From: Eledone cirrhosa
Taxonomy: Eukaryota
Reading direction: 5' to 3'
DNA length: 36,368 nt
Assembly (NCBI GenBank): GCA_964016885.1
Contig: CAXHJY010001511.1
Span: 1 to 36,368 of the forward strand
How positions within the stretch are numbered: position 1 is the first letter of the stretch; every line of letters begins with the position of its first letter. Made by a program: the position numbers and the translations under genes. A model generated the notes under the pieces. That model did not search any database and was not told the origin of the DNA. It saw nothing but the letters and a program-made list of their open reading frames with translations. Below, in pieces: positions 10,646-21,356 of the stretch.

Positions 10646-10745
10646 TGCCACCTAAATCCAATAATGAAACTTCCTGATGGCTCCTCCGTCGATTTCGACG
10701 ATGAGTATCCAACTGTTCAATCAACAGAATATCCAACTGAAGGGT
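10646..10745 (+). CDS. Candidate 100-bp host-gene exon (CHLNPIMKLPDGSSVDFDDEYPTVQSTEYPTEG)
   Basis: Pyrimidine-rich acceptor TTTCTGTCTTTTTACCAACTTAG, consensus donor GTAAGT, an open frame and non-repetitive sequence. No homology recognised. Confidence 0.35.
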
Positions 10746-11274
10746 GTAAGTGGTTGAGTATTCTACAGTGACAGGTGCCCTTAACACAACCGAACCAACG
10801 GGACACTGTATAAGTCTGAACCTAGTACAATCCTATTAGGCGGGCTTCCATGCAGTTTCTGTCTACCCAATTTCCATAACATCAGGGCAGGATTTTCCTA
10901 CTTGTGGGCCCTAGCCAAACTCAGCAGTGGGCCTTCCAAATTTATATACTTCTGTACAGGATCCCCATACTCCGAACCCTATATTTATTCAACAGAGGCC
11001 CTTATGGTTTATATAATCAAATACTCGGTGTACACTTGAAACAAGGTTATACGCTGCAAGTCGCACGGAAAATAGGTCTCAGTGGGGCCCCAGATACCCA
11101 TGGGTGTTAGACAAATGGCCTTACTAAACTCATTGGTAAATCTGTGGAATCAAACCCTCGGTCCCATAATTGCCAAGCGAACTCAGGTGTGCCTGGGACC
11201 TCTATTTATTTAAAGATTTATATTACTCTATGACGGGTTCCAGACGGCAGGCTGAGGCCATGGTGGGGCACCAC

Positions 11275-11324
<50 letters not shown>

Positions 11325-11326
<2 letters not shown>

Positions 11327-11791
11327 TAGCAGATATTATAGCTGATTCTAAAATCAACTATGGCAGGCTGCCCTGCTTCAAGGACAACTGACCTGTCACG
11401 ATGGTATCTGACCAACGAGAAGAGAGTATACCCACCGGATGCCGGAGTTCGTTCACTTTAGTTCATATGCCGCCAGTTCTTTGGATTAACAACACCACTT
11501 TCCGGATCTGGGCATATCAACGAATTAGCAAGGTAAACTTTATTCCATCATTATGTTTCCCTGTTTTTTCTGTTCAAGTTCTTGCTGCCTGATGAGGTCA
11601 TAGCTGTTGAATAATGGTTATCACCGAAATATATATTGCAGCGAATATGACTAAACGAAGTAATTTTAACCTGCTGACTTGCATTTCTTGTTTTAAATTA
11701 CTCCGGGGGAAACAGATTCACCTGCGCACTTCGTTGAGTGCTTTAACCTGAATACTGAAGTGTCGGTAAACAACTAACACAAAGTCAAATT
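11325..11791 (+). mobile_element. ~470-bp hammerhead-bearing element within (TA)n (PLE pLTR remnant or retrozyme-like)
   Basis: Unique sequence bounded by (TA)n on both sides. Contains a well-formed hammerhead at 11582-11644 and no recognisable protein domain. Confidence 0.65.
11582..11644 (+). ncRNA. Type-I hammerhead ribozyme with long stem II
   Basis: UUGCUGC-CUGAUGA-GGU-C-AUAGCUGUU-GAAU-AAUGGUUAU-C-ACC-GAA-AU-AUAU-AU-U-GCAGCGA. Stem I GCUGC/GCAGC, perfect core, 3+9-bp stem II with G-U pairs, palindromic stem III and predicted AUU cleavage triplet. Confidence 0.88.
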
Positions 11792-12102
11792 TATATATAT
11801 ATATATATATATATATATCAAAACATGTTAGATAAGTAGTCGTAGATAAGTGTATGTAATTATATATACATAGCTTTACAATTTACAAATGTATCTCTAC
11901 ATTAAACTTCACAACCTTACTAATTATTGGCACACTTAAAGATTATTTAATTATACAATTAGGAAATGACAAATACGTTAATACTTCTATGGACAACAAA
12001 ACCATTAACACCCAGTGAGCATGTCAATAACATCTCTTTAACACCACTTCCGGTAATCCTTCACATGTATATATATGTATATATAATAGTATATCTCTCT
12101 CT

Positions 12103-12133
<31 letters not shown>

Positions 12134-12169
12134 TATACTATTATATATATATAACAGTATCTATGTACA

Positions 12170-12305
12170 AATCGTGTTATAGCGTAGTTCTCAGAGAGAT
12201 TCAGTGTGACAGGCTGTGTGACAAGACTGGCCGTTAATATTGTAGGTACAGCCCATGTTTAGTGCCAGATGGGTGGACTGGAGAACCGTGAAATAAAGTG
12301 CCATG
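12170..12305 (-). mobile_element. SINE family B fragment
   Basis: TTCTCAG.GAGATTCAGTGTGAC...GTGGACTGGAG.A.CGTGAAATAA, the reverse complement of family B. Confidence 0.7.
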
Positions 12306-12424
12306 TGCCGCCGGGAATATATTCTGTAGATGTGACTTGGGTACTTTCTTTAGAATTCCTGATGATCATATATCCCACCAGCCCTTTATTTTATATTCTA
12401 AACCTACAGCTTTAATGGGGGGTA

Positions 12425-12432
12425 TGTATGTG

Positions 12433-12470
<38 letters not shown>

Positions 12471-12660
12471 GTGTCCTTGTGTGTGTGTGTGTGTGTGATT
12501 GTACGGCGTCCTTGTGTGTGTGTGTGAGTGTATGTATGTACGGCGTCCTTTATGTATATATATGTGTGTGTGTACGGCGTCCTTGTGTGTGTGAGTGTGT
12601 ACGGCATCCTTGTGTGTGTGTGTATGTATGTACGGCGTCCTTTATGTGTGTGTGTGTGTT
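12425..12660 (+). repeat. (TG)n microsatellite interrupted by six GTACGGYRTCCTT motifs
   Basis: The 13-mer recurs at about 12466, 12501, 12538, 12572, 12600 and 12630, separated by variable TG/TA runs. Confidence 0.9.
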
Positions 12661-13324
12661 ATATACACAACAGTGTTTGTGTCTGCCAGGTATACCGTTT
12701 ACTGGTCAGTTTATAAGATATTTTCTATAGCTTCATTTGTAATCCATCTGTTTAGGTTTTATCACTATCATCCTTTCGACAATTAGACGTCATTGGAAAG
12801 CTCCCTAGCGGCTACTTGTCAGTTCTGCATTTCAGTTTGACCGCTTCAGGTATCATGGTGATACTAGTCATTCATCTCAGCCATTGGTAAGCGGGATCAA
12901 TAGAGAATCTTTCTGGCCAAATTGACCGGAGACTCATGTATTATGCATCTGGCAATCGTTGAAATGCCTGCTACACACAACTGCAGGGAACCTTTCTCCT
13001 CTTCGATTTCTTTGATACAAACAAAAACTTTGTTAACTTCACATGTTCTCTTATTAACAACTGACCGTTCAGTAAAATCGTATCGTCACTTTCACAAACA
13101 TTTTTATACATTAATGGTCATCTTATAAATACTTGACAGCAATGAAAGTGTTTCCAACAAATGACCGAAATAATAAAGAGTTCCTATATTGAGCCAAGAT
13201 CAAAGATTTAGAGGTAATTAATCCAACCTTGTTCATACCCAGTGCTGACTTTATTTACCTCCGGAGATATAAAGAGTGACTGAGTTTATTGGAAACGGTT
13301 AATTAATCGTTTGTATTCCTGTGA

Positions 13325-13450
13325 GGAGGGTAACGACCTGGCAGAGTCGTTAGAATGTCGGGTACAATGTTTTCTGGTATTCCTTTCAGCTCAACTTTGA
13401 CATTTCGAGGTCGATTAAAAAGTACCAATGAACTACTGGGGTCGAATCTT
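13325..13450 (+). mobile_element. Degenerate SINE (family A-related)
   Basis: CTGGCAGAGTCGTTAGAATGTCGG head, then GGTCGATTAAAAAGTACCA...TACTGGGGTCGA. Confidence 0.6.
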
Positions 13451-13620
13451 TCTCTATATCCTTCTCTGGAAGAAATCTGCTGTATTCAGACCTGGAGATG
13501 GGCTCTACCAGGTTTAAAAGGTGCTCCAAACACGCAGTTTGTCAATACGGTACCCCTACGACTCCGTAAGAATTTAAGGGACCATGCAAGAGACTATATA
13601 AAACAAGAGACTATATAAAA

Positions 13621-14197
13621 CTAGCTGGCCCCGTGTCATCAAAAATGACGGCTAATTGTAGTACTTTAGATATAAAAAGGTACAAAAGTTTTTAGTTTAA
13701 TAATTCTTTTATTACAAACGTTCATTTGTTGATAAATTATCTGCAACTAACATAGATAATATCTTGGTGTGTATATATATATACATTTATATCTATGAGT
13801 ATATATTCACACAAACACACATATACTCACACACAAACATTCACACAATAATTGTTTCTACTTTTGGCAGAAGGTCAGCAATTACCCAGTGCATTACTGG
13901 TACTTTATTTTATTGACCCCGTAAGGATGAAAGGCAAAGTTAACCTTGGCGGGATTTGAACTCAGAATGGAAAGGGCCGTAACTCTATGCGTCAAAGTAT
14001 GGTGTCCGACCCCTCTACCGATACTGCCAATCCACCGCCCTCACACAATAATAATAGCCATTTCACTACAAAAGTGTAACACATCTTAGAACGCTGGTCG
14101 CTATTTTCTATAGTTTTATCACCACCCCTTCCTCAGTCATCTCCTTTTAGGTGTGTGACAGACAAATAAATATACATTCGCCATTATTATTGTTGAT
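13621..14197 (-). mobile_element. Short non-autonomous Helitron-like element interrupted by a SINE
   Basis: Minus strand starts A^TCAACAATAATAATGGCGAATGT...TTTGTCTGTC and ends with hairpin CCGTCAT-TTTTG-ATGAC(A)CGG followed by GGCCAGCTAG^T. Confidence 0.6.
13848..14040 (-). mobile_element. Full-length SINE family A with 12-bp target-site duplication
   Basis: GGGCGGTGGATTGGCAGTATCGG head, B-box and 3' end are present. TCACACAATAAT occurs at 13841-13852 and 14041-14052. Confidence 0.92.
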
Positions 14198-14654
14198 ATT
14201 TTTAAGTACTTAAAACACGTCTTAACACTTTCCCAGTAATAACTAAAATATTTATTTGATCACCAAAATTTACATAATTGCAACAATTCATAAAATATTT
14301 TAAAAGTCTTTGAAGCTAGGTTCTGGAGTACCCCTGGAACACATTTTCTTTGTTTCCATCATAAAACAATTACCATTAATTTATGTGATCATTAATTGTT
14401 GAACGCCTGTTGTATAGATATTTTAACAATAGGCTACATATATTGATGAACAAATTATACTCTCGTAATCTCCATTAGTTCTTGTAGAGTTAATCCAGTC
14501 GGCTATTCCCGACTTTTAAAATCATGATTGATTTTTTTATTTCAAGGAGACAAAACAACATTCAGTAATCAGAAGGGAGGTAGGTGTAAAAGCCAAACTT
14601 GCTATTCATACCAACCCTTGCCTATAGTCAGGAATGTTGTCTAATAGCCGAAAG

Positions 14655-15040
14655 GATGCGATCGTGAATACAAGCGGCTGAAATGGGGTTCCTTTGAAGG
14701 GTCTTTGGAGTAACGTTACTTCATTAAGTGCGTAGACCAGAGTCACTCGAGGTAGAGTCACTACTTCTCCGAATTGAGAGATCACAGCTCTGATACTATG
14801 GACTTGTGGTTAGAATGTGTCAGGAAAGAATCACTGGACAGATTTTACAGGCAAAACAAACCGACAGGAGACCTAGGGGTAGATCCCGAGTAAAATGGTT
14901 GGATAACATCCATGAGCTTGGCTGGTCCTGCTTGGAGATCCAGTCAGATCAGTTGGAGTTGGTTGTTTATAATAGGACCCGCTAGACGGAGTGTTTGAGG
15001 ACTCTGACCCCACGGCCTTCTTAGGAAATAGAAGAAAAGA
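14655..15040 (+). mobile_element. RTE-clade LINE 3' fragment (second copy)
   Basis: IQAAEMGFL*RVFGVTL...LLLRIERSQL*YYG...RRPRGRSRVKWLDNI; colinear with 9335-9731. Confidence 0.85.
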
Positions 15041-15199
15041 AGCAAATGAAAAAGAAAGCATGTTTATAGGAGTGATGGCCATGTTTTTAATTGTGTCAGT
15101 TTAGGATAATCCTACATCTTTAATGATTTGCAAAAATTTGAAAAAAAAATCATGATAGAATTGAACGTTAATAGAAGTGTGTGCAAGATGCCTTAATGC

Positions 15200-15493
15200 C
15201 CCACCCCACGTCACACTTATTAGATTTTGCTAATCAATCTCCAGCAAAATTTTATTTTAAGTACCAGCATTCCTGCGACAATTAATTTTCTTTAGACATT
15301 AAAAACATTATACATAAAAAAAAGTACATTACTAGAAACCCCATATGTTATAAAATAAACAGGTTGGGGTCTCAATATGTAAACTAAACGACTAATTCTG
15401 GTTTTTTAAAAATCATGGTTGACAACCTAGAAACATTACTGCTCTTCCAACCCCACCCGCTTATCCTCCCCATAAATTGGGACCCAAGAGTAT
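15200..15493 (+). mobile_element. MITE/DNA-transposon-like repeat, with relatives at 16704-16840 (+), 18151-18415 (-) and 21255-21332 (-)
   Basis: About 190 bp here match the reverse complement of 18151-18337. A recurring terminal motif ATT(N)G.GACCC.AGAGTA / TACTCT..GGT.TCGAATAAT suggests TIRs with TA flanks. Confidence 0.65.
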
Positions 15494-16550
15494 ATAAGAA
15501 TAATGTAGGGTTCTATATTTATGCTAAACAATCCTTATAAATTTATACATTTTATTTAGTTAAGAAAAAAGGAATCAGTTTTAAAGGTTTTTATGGAGAA
15601 AATATCGAAAAATAAAAAAACAACAGACGAATGAAATAAAGGAGATCTCTGAAATATTTAAATCTAATATGGTCTAAGTTTCTTTTTAAATGAAATCAAT
15701 GCTTTTAAAATATTAGGTAAATAGACTTCTCTCTTCAATGGAGTGTTGATAGACAAAATTAAAGAACGTTGTGAATAATATAGTTTAACGTGTCAGGAAG
15801 AGAAGGAAAAAAATACATATCTAGAATAGAAAGAAAAAAAAAAGGAACTCGGACAAGAGAAAAAGAAATATAAAGTGGCACCTCTAAAAGGTGGAATGTG
15901 CAGATAACAGAAATTATCCGAAATTATTCTAGTCACATACAAGCGCATGGCGTTTGAAATTCAACTATATGAAAAATTCCTTGCACCCTTCTTTTCTAGC
16001 AATCCTCAATACACAGACACAGTGACGATGACGTATACACACGTAGAGAATGAAGCAAGCTATGTTGTAGCGCCCTACAGATACAATATACTTTATATTA
16101 GTATGAAAATCGCTGCCGTAGGAGGATGGATTCAGAAAGAATAACTACAACTACTAATGATGTAGAAAGAGGAAGTGAAAAAGCAAATATAAATTTAGAG
16201 AAGAGAAAAATGTCTAAGTTAAATAATGTATGACTCAAGTAGCAAACATCAACGAAAGCTTCATAGTGAGAAGACTTCTTTACACACGTCGTTTACATAT
16301 GGCGGTCATTAGAAGACAAATTTACATTGCTTAAAACTGTCAGTAAATGTTTACAACAGTTTCAAGAATTCTTATATCAATTTATTGTTTTGTCTAGCTT
16401 ATAATTATATTTATTTCGTGAAATACTATTTTGCTTTATATTTTATTATCTTAATGCTTGAAAATATCTTTTTTATATTTAATATATTTCTAAATTGATA
16501 AGTTTGAAATTACATTGTTACTACCTACAAAAATCATAGTTTTATTCATT

Positions 16551-16692
16551 AATAATAATTGTTTCTACTTTTGGCACAAGGCCAGCAATTACCCAGTGTA
16601 TTGCTGGGACTTATTTTATCGACTCCGTAAGGATGAAAGGCAAAGTTAACCTCGGCGGAATTTGAACTCATACCGTAAAGGGCCGTAACTAT
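16551..16692 (-). mobile_element. SINE family A, 5'-truncated
   Basis: AATAATTGTTTCTACTTTTGGCACAAGGCCAGCAATTACCCAG...GGATGAAAGGCAAAGTTAACCTCGGCGG. Confidence 0.88.
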
Positions 16693-16906
16693 GCTAATAA
16701 TGAGTACTCTTAGGTTTCGAATAATCGTCTTCCAGCCCCACTTATTAAATTTTGCGACCAAAGAAGTACATTACTAGAAATCCCATGTGTTATAAAATAA
16801 ATAGGATGGGTTGGGGTCTCAATATGTAAATTAAACAACTGTCTCGTTTATTCCACCGCCACCGCTTACAACCCCCCTCTCGCTTATTCCAACCACCCCC
16901 TAATAG

Positions 16907-17375
16907 AATTATTGGTAGCCTGCCATAGAAATGGCCAATTTATTCTATGATATTTTTTCTATCACAACAATATTATGGCATTGTTTTGTGTTTTAAACGT
17001 ATTTAGATGTTTGTTTATAAGAGTCAAGCCACGAACATCGTTGACTAGAATCAGAAAACTCAATAGATCTTTGAATTGTCACCTACGGGATCGATAAAAT
17101 AAAGTACCAGTAATGCACTGGGATAATTGCCGACCTTGTGCCAAAAGTAGAAACAATTATTTGGGACCCGAGAATAGTTTTATTTCAATGTTTGAAGGTG
17201 ACAATACAAAGATCTATTGAGTTTTGATTTTGTTAAATCTATTTAATTTTCTGATTCTGGTCAACAATGTTTAAAACACAAAACAATGAAATAATATTGT
17301 TGTGATAGAAAAAATGTAGTAAGTTAAGATATCATAGAATAAATTGGCAATTTCTATGGCAGGCTATCAATAATT
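16907..17375. repeat. Foldback structure: ~180-bp imperfect inverted arms (16907-17084 and 17196-17375) around a SINE 3' fragment
   Basis: AATTATTGGTAGCCTGCCATAGAAAT.GCCAATTTATTCTATGATAT...AAAACTCAATAGATCTTTG.ATTGTCACCT pairs with AGGTGACAAT.CAAAGATCTATTGAGTTTT...ATATCATAGAATAAATTGGC.ATTTCTATGGCAGGCTA.CAATAATT. Confidence 0.9.
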
Positions 17376-17477
17376 ACTTCGAATTCTTGTAATCGTTGAT
17401 CATTCTATTTCTCATCGTATTAATAATTGTTAAACATTCCCAAAGAGATAGAGAGAGAGAGAGTGTGTGTGTGTATG

Positions 17478-17524
<47 letters not shown>

Positions 17525-17616
17525 TGAAACAGAAAACAAAAAAACATCAACGAGGAAGCGAAGAGGCAGTACAAAATGTTAATATTAGTTTCACGCTTGA
17601 GAGTGGGGGTGGGGGC

Positions 17617-17648
17617 GAGGTTTCGGGCATAAGCCCTTCATCAGGAGA
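17617..17648 (-). ncRNA. Minimal hammerhead-like motif in a probable PLE pLTR remnant (17519-17735)
   Basis: Minus strand reads CUGAUGA-A-GGGC-UUAU-GCCC-GAAAC-CUC: intact core and 4-bp stem II. Stems I and III are not clearly formed. Upstream CTATAAAA is present and the element ends in (TA)n. Confidence 0.6.
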
Positions 17649-17737
17649 AAAGTGGGCAGGAAAAGAGTTTCGAGGGGGAGTGGTGGAAAGACATTAAGGG
17701 GGGGGGGGGGCATTTTTATAGAGGGTAAAAAAAAAAT

Positions 17738-17805
17738 GAAGGCGCGTGGGTTCGATTCAGGCGATGCGTTATGTCCTTGAGCAAGACACGTTATTTCACG
17801 TTGTT
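17738..17805 (+). mobile_element. SINE family B, 5' fragment
   Basis: TGAAGGCGCGTGGGTTCGATTC (B-box) and GTCCTTGAGCAAGACACG. Confidence 0.7.
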
Positions 17806-17882
17806 CCTTCTACCTGGAGTTGCGACCCATAGATAGTATTATTGTTTCTTCGGTCCGATTTGACGAAAGTCGATCGACTGTA

Positions 17883-17935
<53 letters not shown>

Positions 17936-18112
17936 TGGTCAAGATTCTGCGCACTCACCGTGACGACCGAGGTTCGTTTCTCCGCTTGGGAAATGGTAAT
18001 TTTAAATGGCGGTGCTCCAGCATGGCGTCAGCTTGTCGGCTGGAACACGTCATAGAATTATACATCCAGCTAAATCTATAGCTCGTAAAAATTGATGTAC
18101 AGATATTAAGCA

Positions 18113-18150
<38 letters not shown>

Positions 18151-18415
18151 AACCAGAATTAGTCGTTTAGTTTACATATTGAGACCCCAAACCATCCTAT
18201 TTATTTTATAACATATGGGATTTCTAGTAATGTATAATGTTTTTTAATATCTAAAGAAAATTAATTGTTGCAGGAATGCTGCTACTTAAAATAAAATTTT
18301 GCCAGAGATAATTAGTAAAATTTAATAAACGGGGTGGAAGTGGGGGATCTGAGAGAGTGGGAGGGGGGGGGGGGATAAGAGAGGGGCGAGGGACAATTAT
18401 TGGAGACCCAAGCGT
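18151..18415 (-). mobile_element. Inverted copy of the 15200-15493 MITE-like repeat
   Basis: AACCAGAATTAGTCGTTTAGTTTACATATTGAGACCCCAA is the reverse complement of ~15364-15403. Confidence 0.75.
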
Positions 18416-18509
18416 ATCATCTGAAGTTAACTTTGACCATTTGTTACATCAAAATATTTCACCACCACTTACAATGAATCATACGATATATAAAATAAGA
18501 AAAGCAACT

Positions 18510-18758
18510 TATATTATACTGTACTATGTTATACTATATTATACTATAGTGTAGTATACTATACTACACTATATTATACTATACTGTACTATGCTATGTT
18601 ACACTATATTATACTATATTGTCGTACATTGTACTACACTACGATACTATACTACACTACACTATATTGTACTATACTATGCTATATTATACTATATCAT
18701 ACTATATTATACTATACTATACTACACGATATTATACTATACTATACTATACTATACT
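18510..18758 (+). repeat. Degenerate (TACTA)n pentanucleotide microsatellite
   Basis: TACTA/TATTA/CACTA units in tandem. Confidence 0.92.
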
Positions 18759-19169
18759 GATGTGTTATCAAGGATAAAAAACATCCTAGCTCACTATTGA
18801 AGTTATTATCTCATGTCTATTGAACCTTCTGTTGAAAAGATATTCTCTGTTAACTCACTGATTAAAGCGTCATGTATTCTGCAGATGGCATCTATATTAT
18901 AAAGGATGGCATCTATATTATAAAGGATGTGTAATAAGGCAACCATTTGTACAATGGTTGCAGTAGGGCTTTTATTACAACCATGTTCAATAGAAAGAAA
19001 AAATGTGAGTTCTTTATCGGAATATAGTTAGAAAGTTGTTTTGGATCAGCAACGATAATTGCATCGGAAGATAAAATAAGATACATGGAATCAGATAGGA
19101 GCGAATAGGTGAGTTTAAAATTATCAGGTTTAAAAAAAATATTTTGCTTCTATTAAGCTATGCCCAGAC

Positions 19170-19432
19170 TAGTTCACGTTCGATTCCAGGGTTGTGTGTT
19201 GCGTTCTTGAGCAAAACGCTTCATTTCACGTTGCTTCAGAATACTCAGCTGAAAATGAGTATCAGCAATAGCTGGAGGTTTAACCCTGCGATGGACTGGC
19301 GTCATGTCCAGGAGAAGTCTTGTACTCTCAGTCGCCACAAAACCGGGAAAGCAATGGCCTGATGAAACACCGAGGTTGAAACAGACTTTAACCCTTGAGA
19401 CAGACTTTAACCATTAAGACAGACTTTAACCC
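19170..19432 (+). mobile_element. SINE family B variant with a different 3' module and an (ACAGACTTTAACC)x3 tail
   Basis: GTTCGATTCC B-box, TTCTTGAGCAAAACGCTT, CCCTGCGATGGACTGGCGTC and three 19-bp-spaced tail repeats. Confidence 0.75.
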
Positions 19433-19445
19433 TGCAATGGATAAA

Positions 19446-19565
19446 TGAACCGAAATACCACAAAGCATTCTATCCGACGTTCTAACCACTCTACTATTTT
19501 ATCTGACGTTCTAACCACTCTACCATTCTATCTGACGTTCTAACCACTCTGACAATTCGGCGCCT
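19446..19565 (-). mobile_element. SINE 5' head with a triplicated 29-bp A-box unit
   Basis: Same unit as 7742-8161, three copies, ending at the SINE start (minus strand AGGCGCCGAATTG). Confidence 0.8.
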
Positions 19566-20369
19566 TTGTTAAAATATGCATTTGGATAATAAATAGATTA
19601 GAAAAATGTATTAAGTGGGGAGGTTGGGAAAATATCTGAAAAATTAATAAACGTGGGGGTGGGAGGTGGGGGGTGATTAATCAAGATCGGAGAGTTGTTT
19701 TTCGGTGCGATGAAAGGCTAGGTGTAATTTATTATTATTAGCAGTGTAGTATTTTTAATGAAGAAAATAGTTTGTTACAGAAGTATGAATGAAAGAGAAG
19801 TAACTATAAGATCAAAACAAATCGTCATTCATAAAAACAAAACTAAAAGAAGTTTGATCTCTTACGAGGGTTGCTTTTAGAATAGACGCCAGTGTCAAGT
19901 TTTATCAAAGCCCTTCTTACTTTCAAACGTGGTTATTATACTATCACAGTGGTATTAGCTGACTATAAGTTTTCTTGAAGTGATAGACGGCAGTAGGTCA
20001 TCAACGGGTTATCTGCTAGATTTAGAAGCTGACTATTTCTTATCTTTTTCGTAACCTTGAAGATAGTAAGAAAGATGTTATCTAAATATATAAGGAATTT
20101 GAAGACTATGTAGTCTTTGGTCTGTTTTCTCTGAGGTAGGATAACAGACTAAAGTTTGTTAACTGAGAAATACTTGTCAACTTGACAGTTAATGAAAAAT
20201 TGGATTTCACAAAAATCTCGTTACGTTTTCTCCATCATTCGATAATTTATTTTACACGAAAAATAGAGTTGCGGAATATTTTTATTTTACATTTGTTAAT
20301 GATGGATCTCCGTCAAGTGCGACGATGAATTTTCCAATTGTTAGATCCACAGAACAGTGCATGAAATTA

Positions 20370-20490
20370 AAGTATAAGCGGCCAGCTTAGCATTGAGCAT
20401 TTCACAGACACACGTATCTTTAACGTAATTTTCACGGAGATTTAGCGTGATGCAGTGTGTTTGACATGGCTGACTCTGAATTATTGCTAC
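20370..20490 (-). mobile_element. SINE family B, 3' fragment
   Basis: TTGAGCATTTCACAGACACACGTATCTTTAACGTAATTTTCACGGAGATTTAGCGTGA, similar to 12170-12250 and to the reverse complement of 5860-5930. Confidence 0.65.
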
Positions 20491-20649
20491 AGTCCAGCTT
20501 CCAAGGAGTCTCCGTCTATTCAGTTTCACTAAGGAGCTATATTGTGACTATGTAAGTTAATTTCATAGAAATTATTGACTCCGGTTATATTTGGTTAAAA
20601 TGATTAATAACATCACCCATGCGTAAACACTACAAATATTATAGAAATA

Positions 20650-20722
20650 GGGATCGGTAAAATAAAGTACCAGCAATGTACTGGGTAATTGCTGTCCTTG
20701 TGCCAAAAGTAGAAACAATTAT
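20650..20722 (+). mobile_element. SINE family A, 3' fragment
   Basis: TAAAATAAAGTACCAG.AATGTACTGGGTAATTGCTG.CCTTGTGCCAAAAGTAGAAACAATTAT. Confidence 0.85.
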
Positions 20723-21356
20723 AGAAATAGGTGATTTGAGAAAAACGAGAAGTAAAGCAATTGAGAAATGGAATATATATATTTTTCTATACTTATTTCT
20801 CCAGAAAACCTTAATTTATACAAATGTTAGAAGTATTCGGCTCTTCAGTTATAAGATTCTTTCTCTGCGCGTGCGTGCATGTATATTAGTTCGTTATTTT
20901 ACTTCAGTCTGAATATTTTTTCTTACTCTAAGAGTGACAGATTATAAGCTGGAAACTATATTAACCGATTCCGTTTGTGCGGCATTAACACGTTATAGAA
21001 AAGAAAAAGAATTCTTCAAAATTTATAAACATCTTAGATATTTCACCAATAAAGCAACTAATATCGTCATTTTGTAGAACTAAATGGGAATAATAATCAT
21101 CAAAAGAATTTATATAGAAACTCAGAAATATCAAAGAAAGTCATATTTATTAAATGATGTTTAGATATGAAACACATTTAAAGAGGGTCAATACATTTTA
21201 TTGTTTTGTATAAAATTGTATTAAATAGCAGCATGGGTTCCACGACAAACCTTAAAATAAAATTTCGCCGGAGACAGATTAGCAAAAATTAATAAGCGTG
21301 GTGGGAGGGGGATTATTCGAGACCCGAGAGTAAGGGAAAATAATGTTTAGAAAACC

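Noticed and set aside
15947-16233. Possible coding exon(s) in unique sequence
   Set aside because: Only short open frames in different phases, with weak splice sites and no recognisable homology.
19353-19392. Hammerhead-like CTGATGA-AAC-ACCGAG-GTT-GAAAC in a SINE tail
   Set aside because: The core and a 3-bp stem II match, but no stem III/NUH triplet or stem I follows (GAAACAGACT). Worth rechecking only against the SINE consensus.
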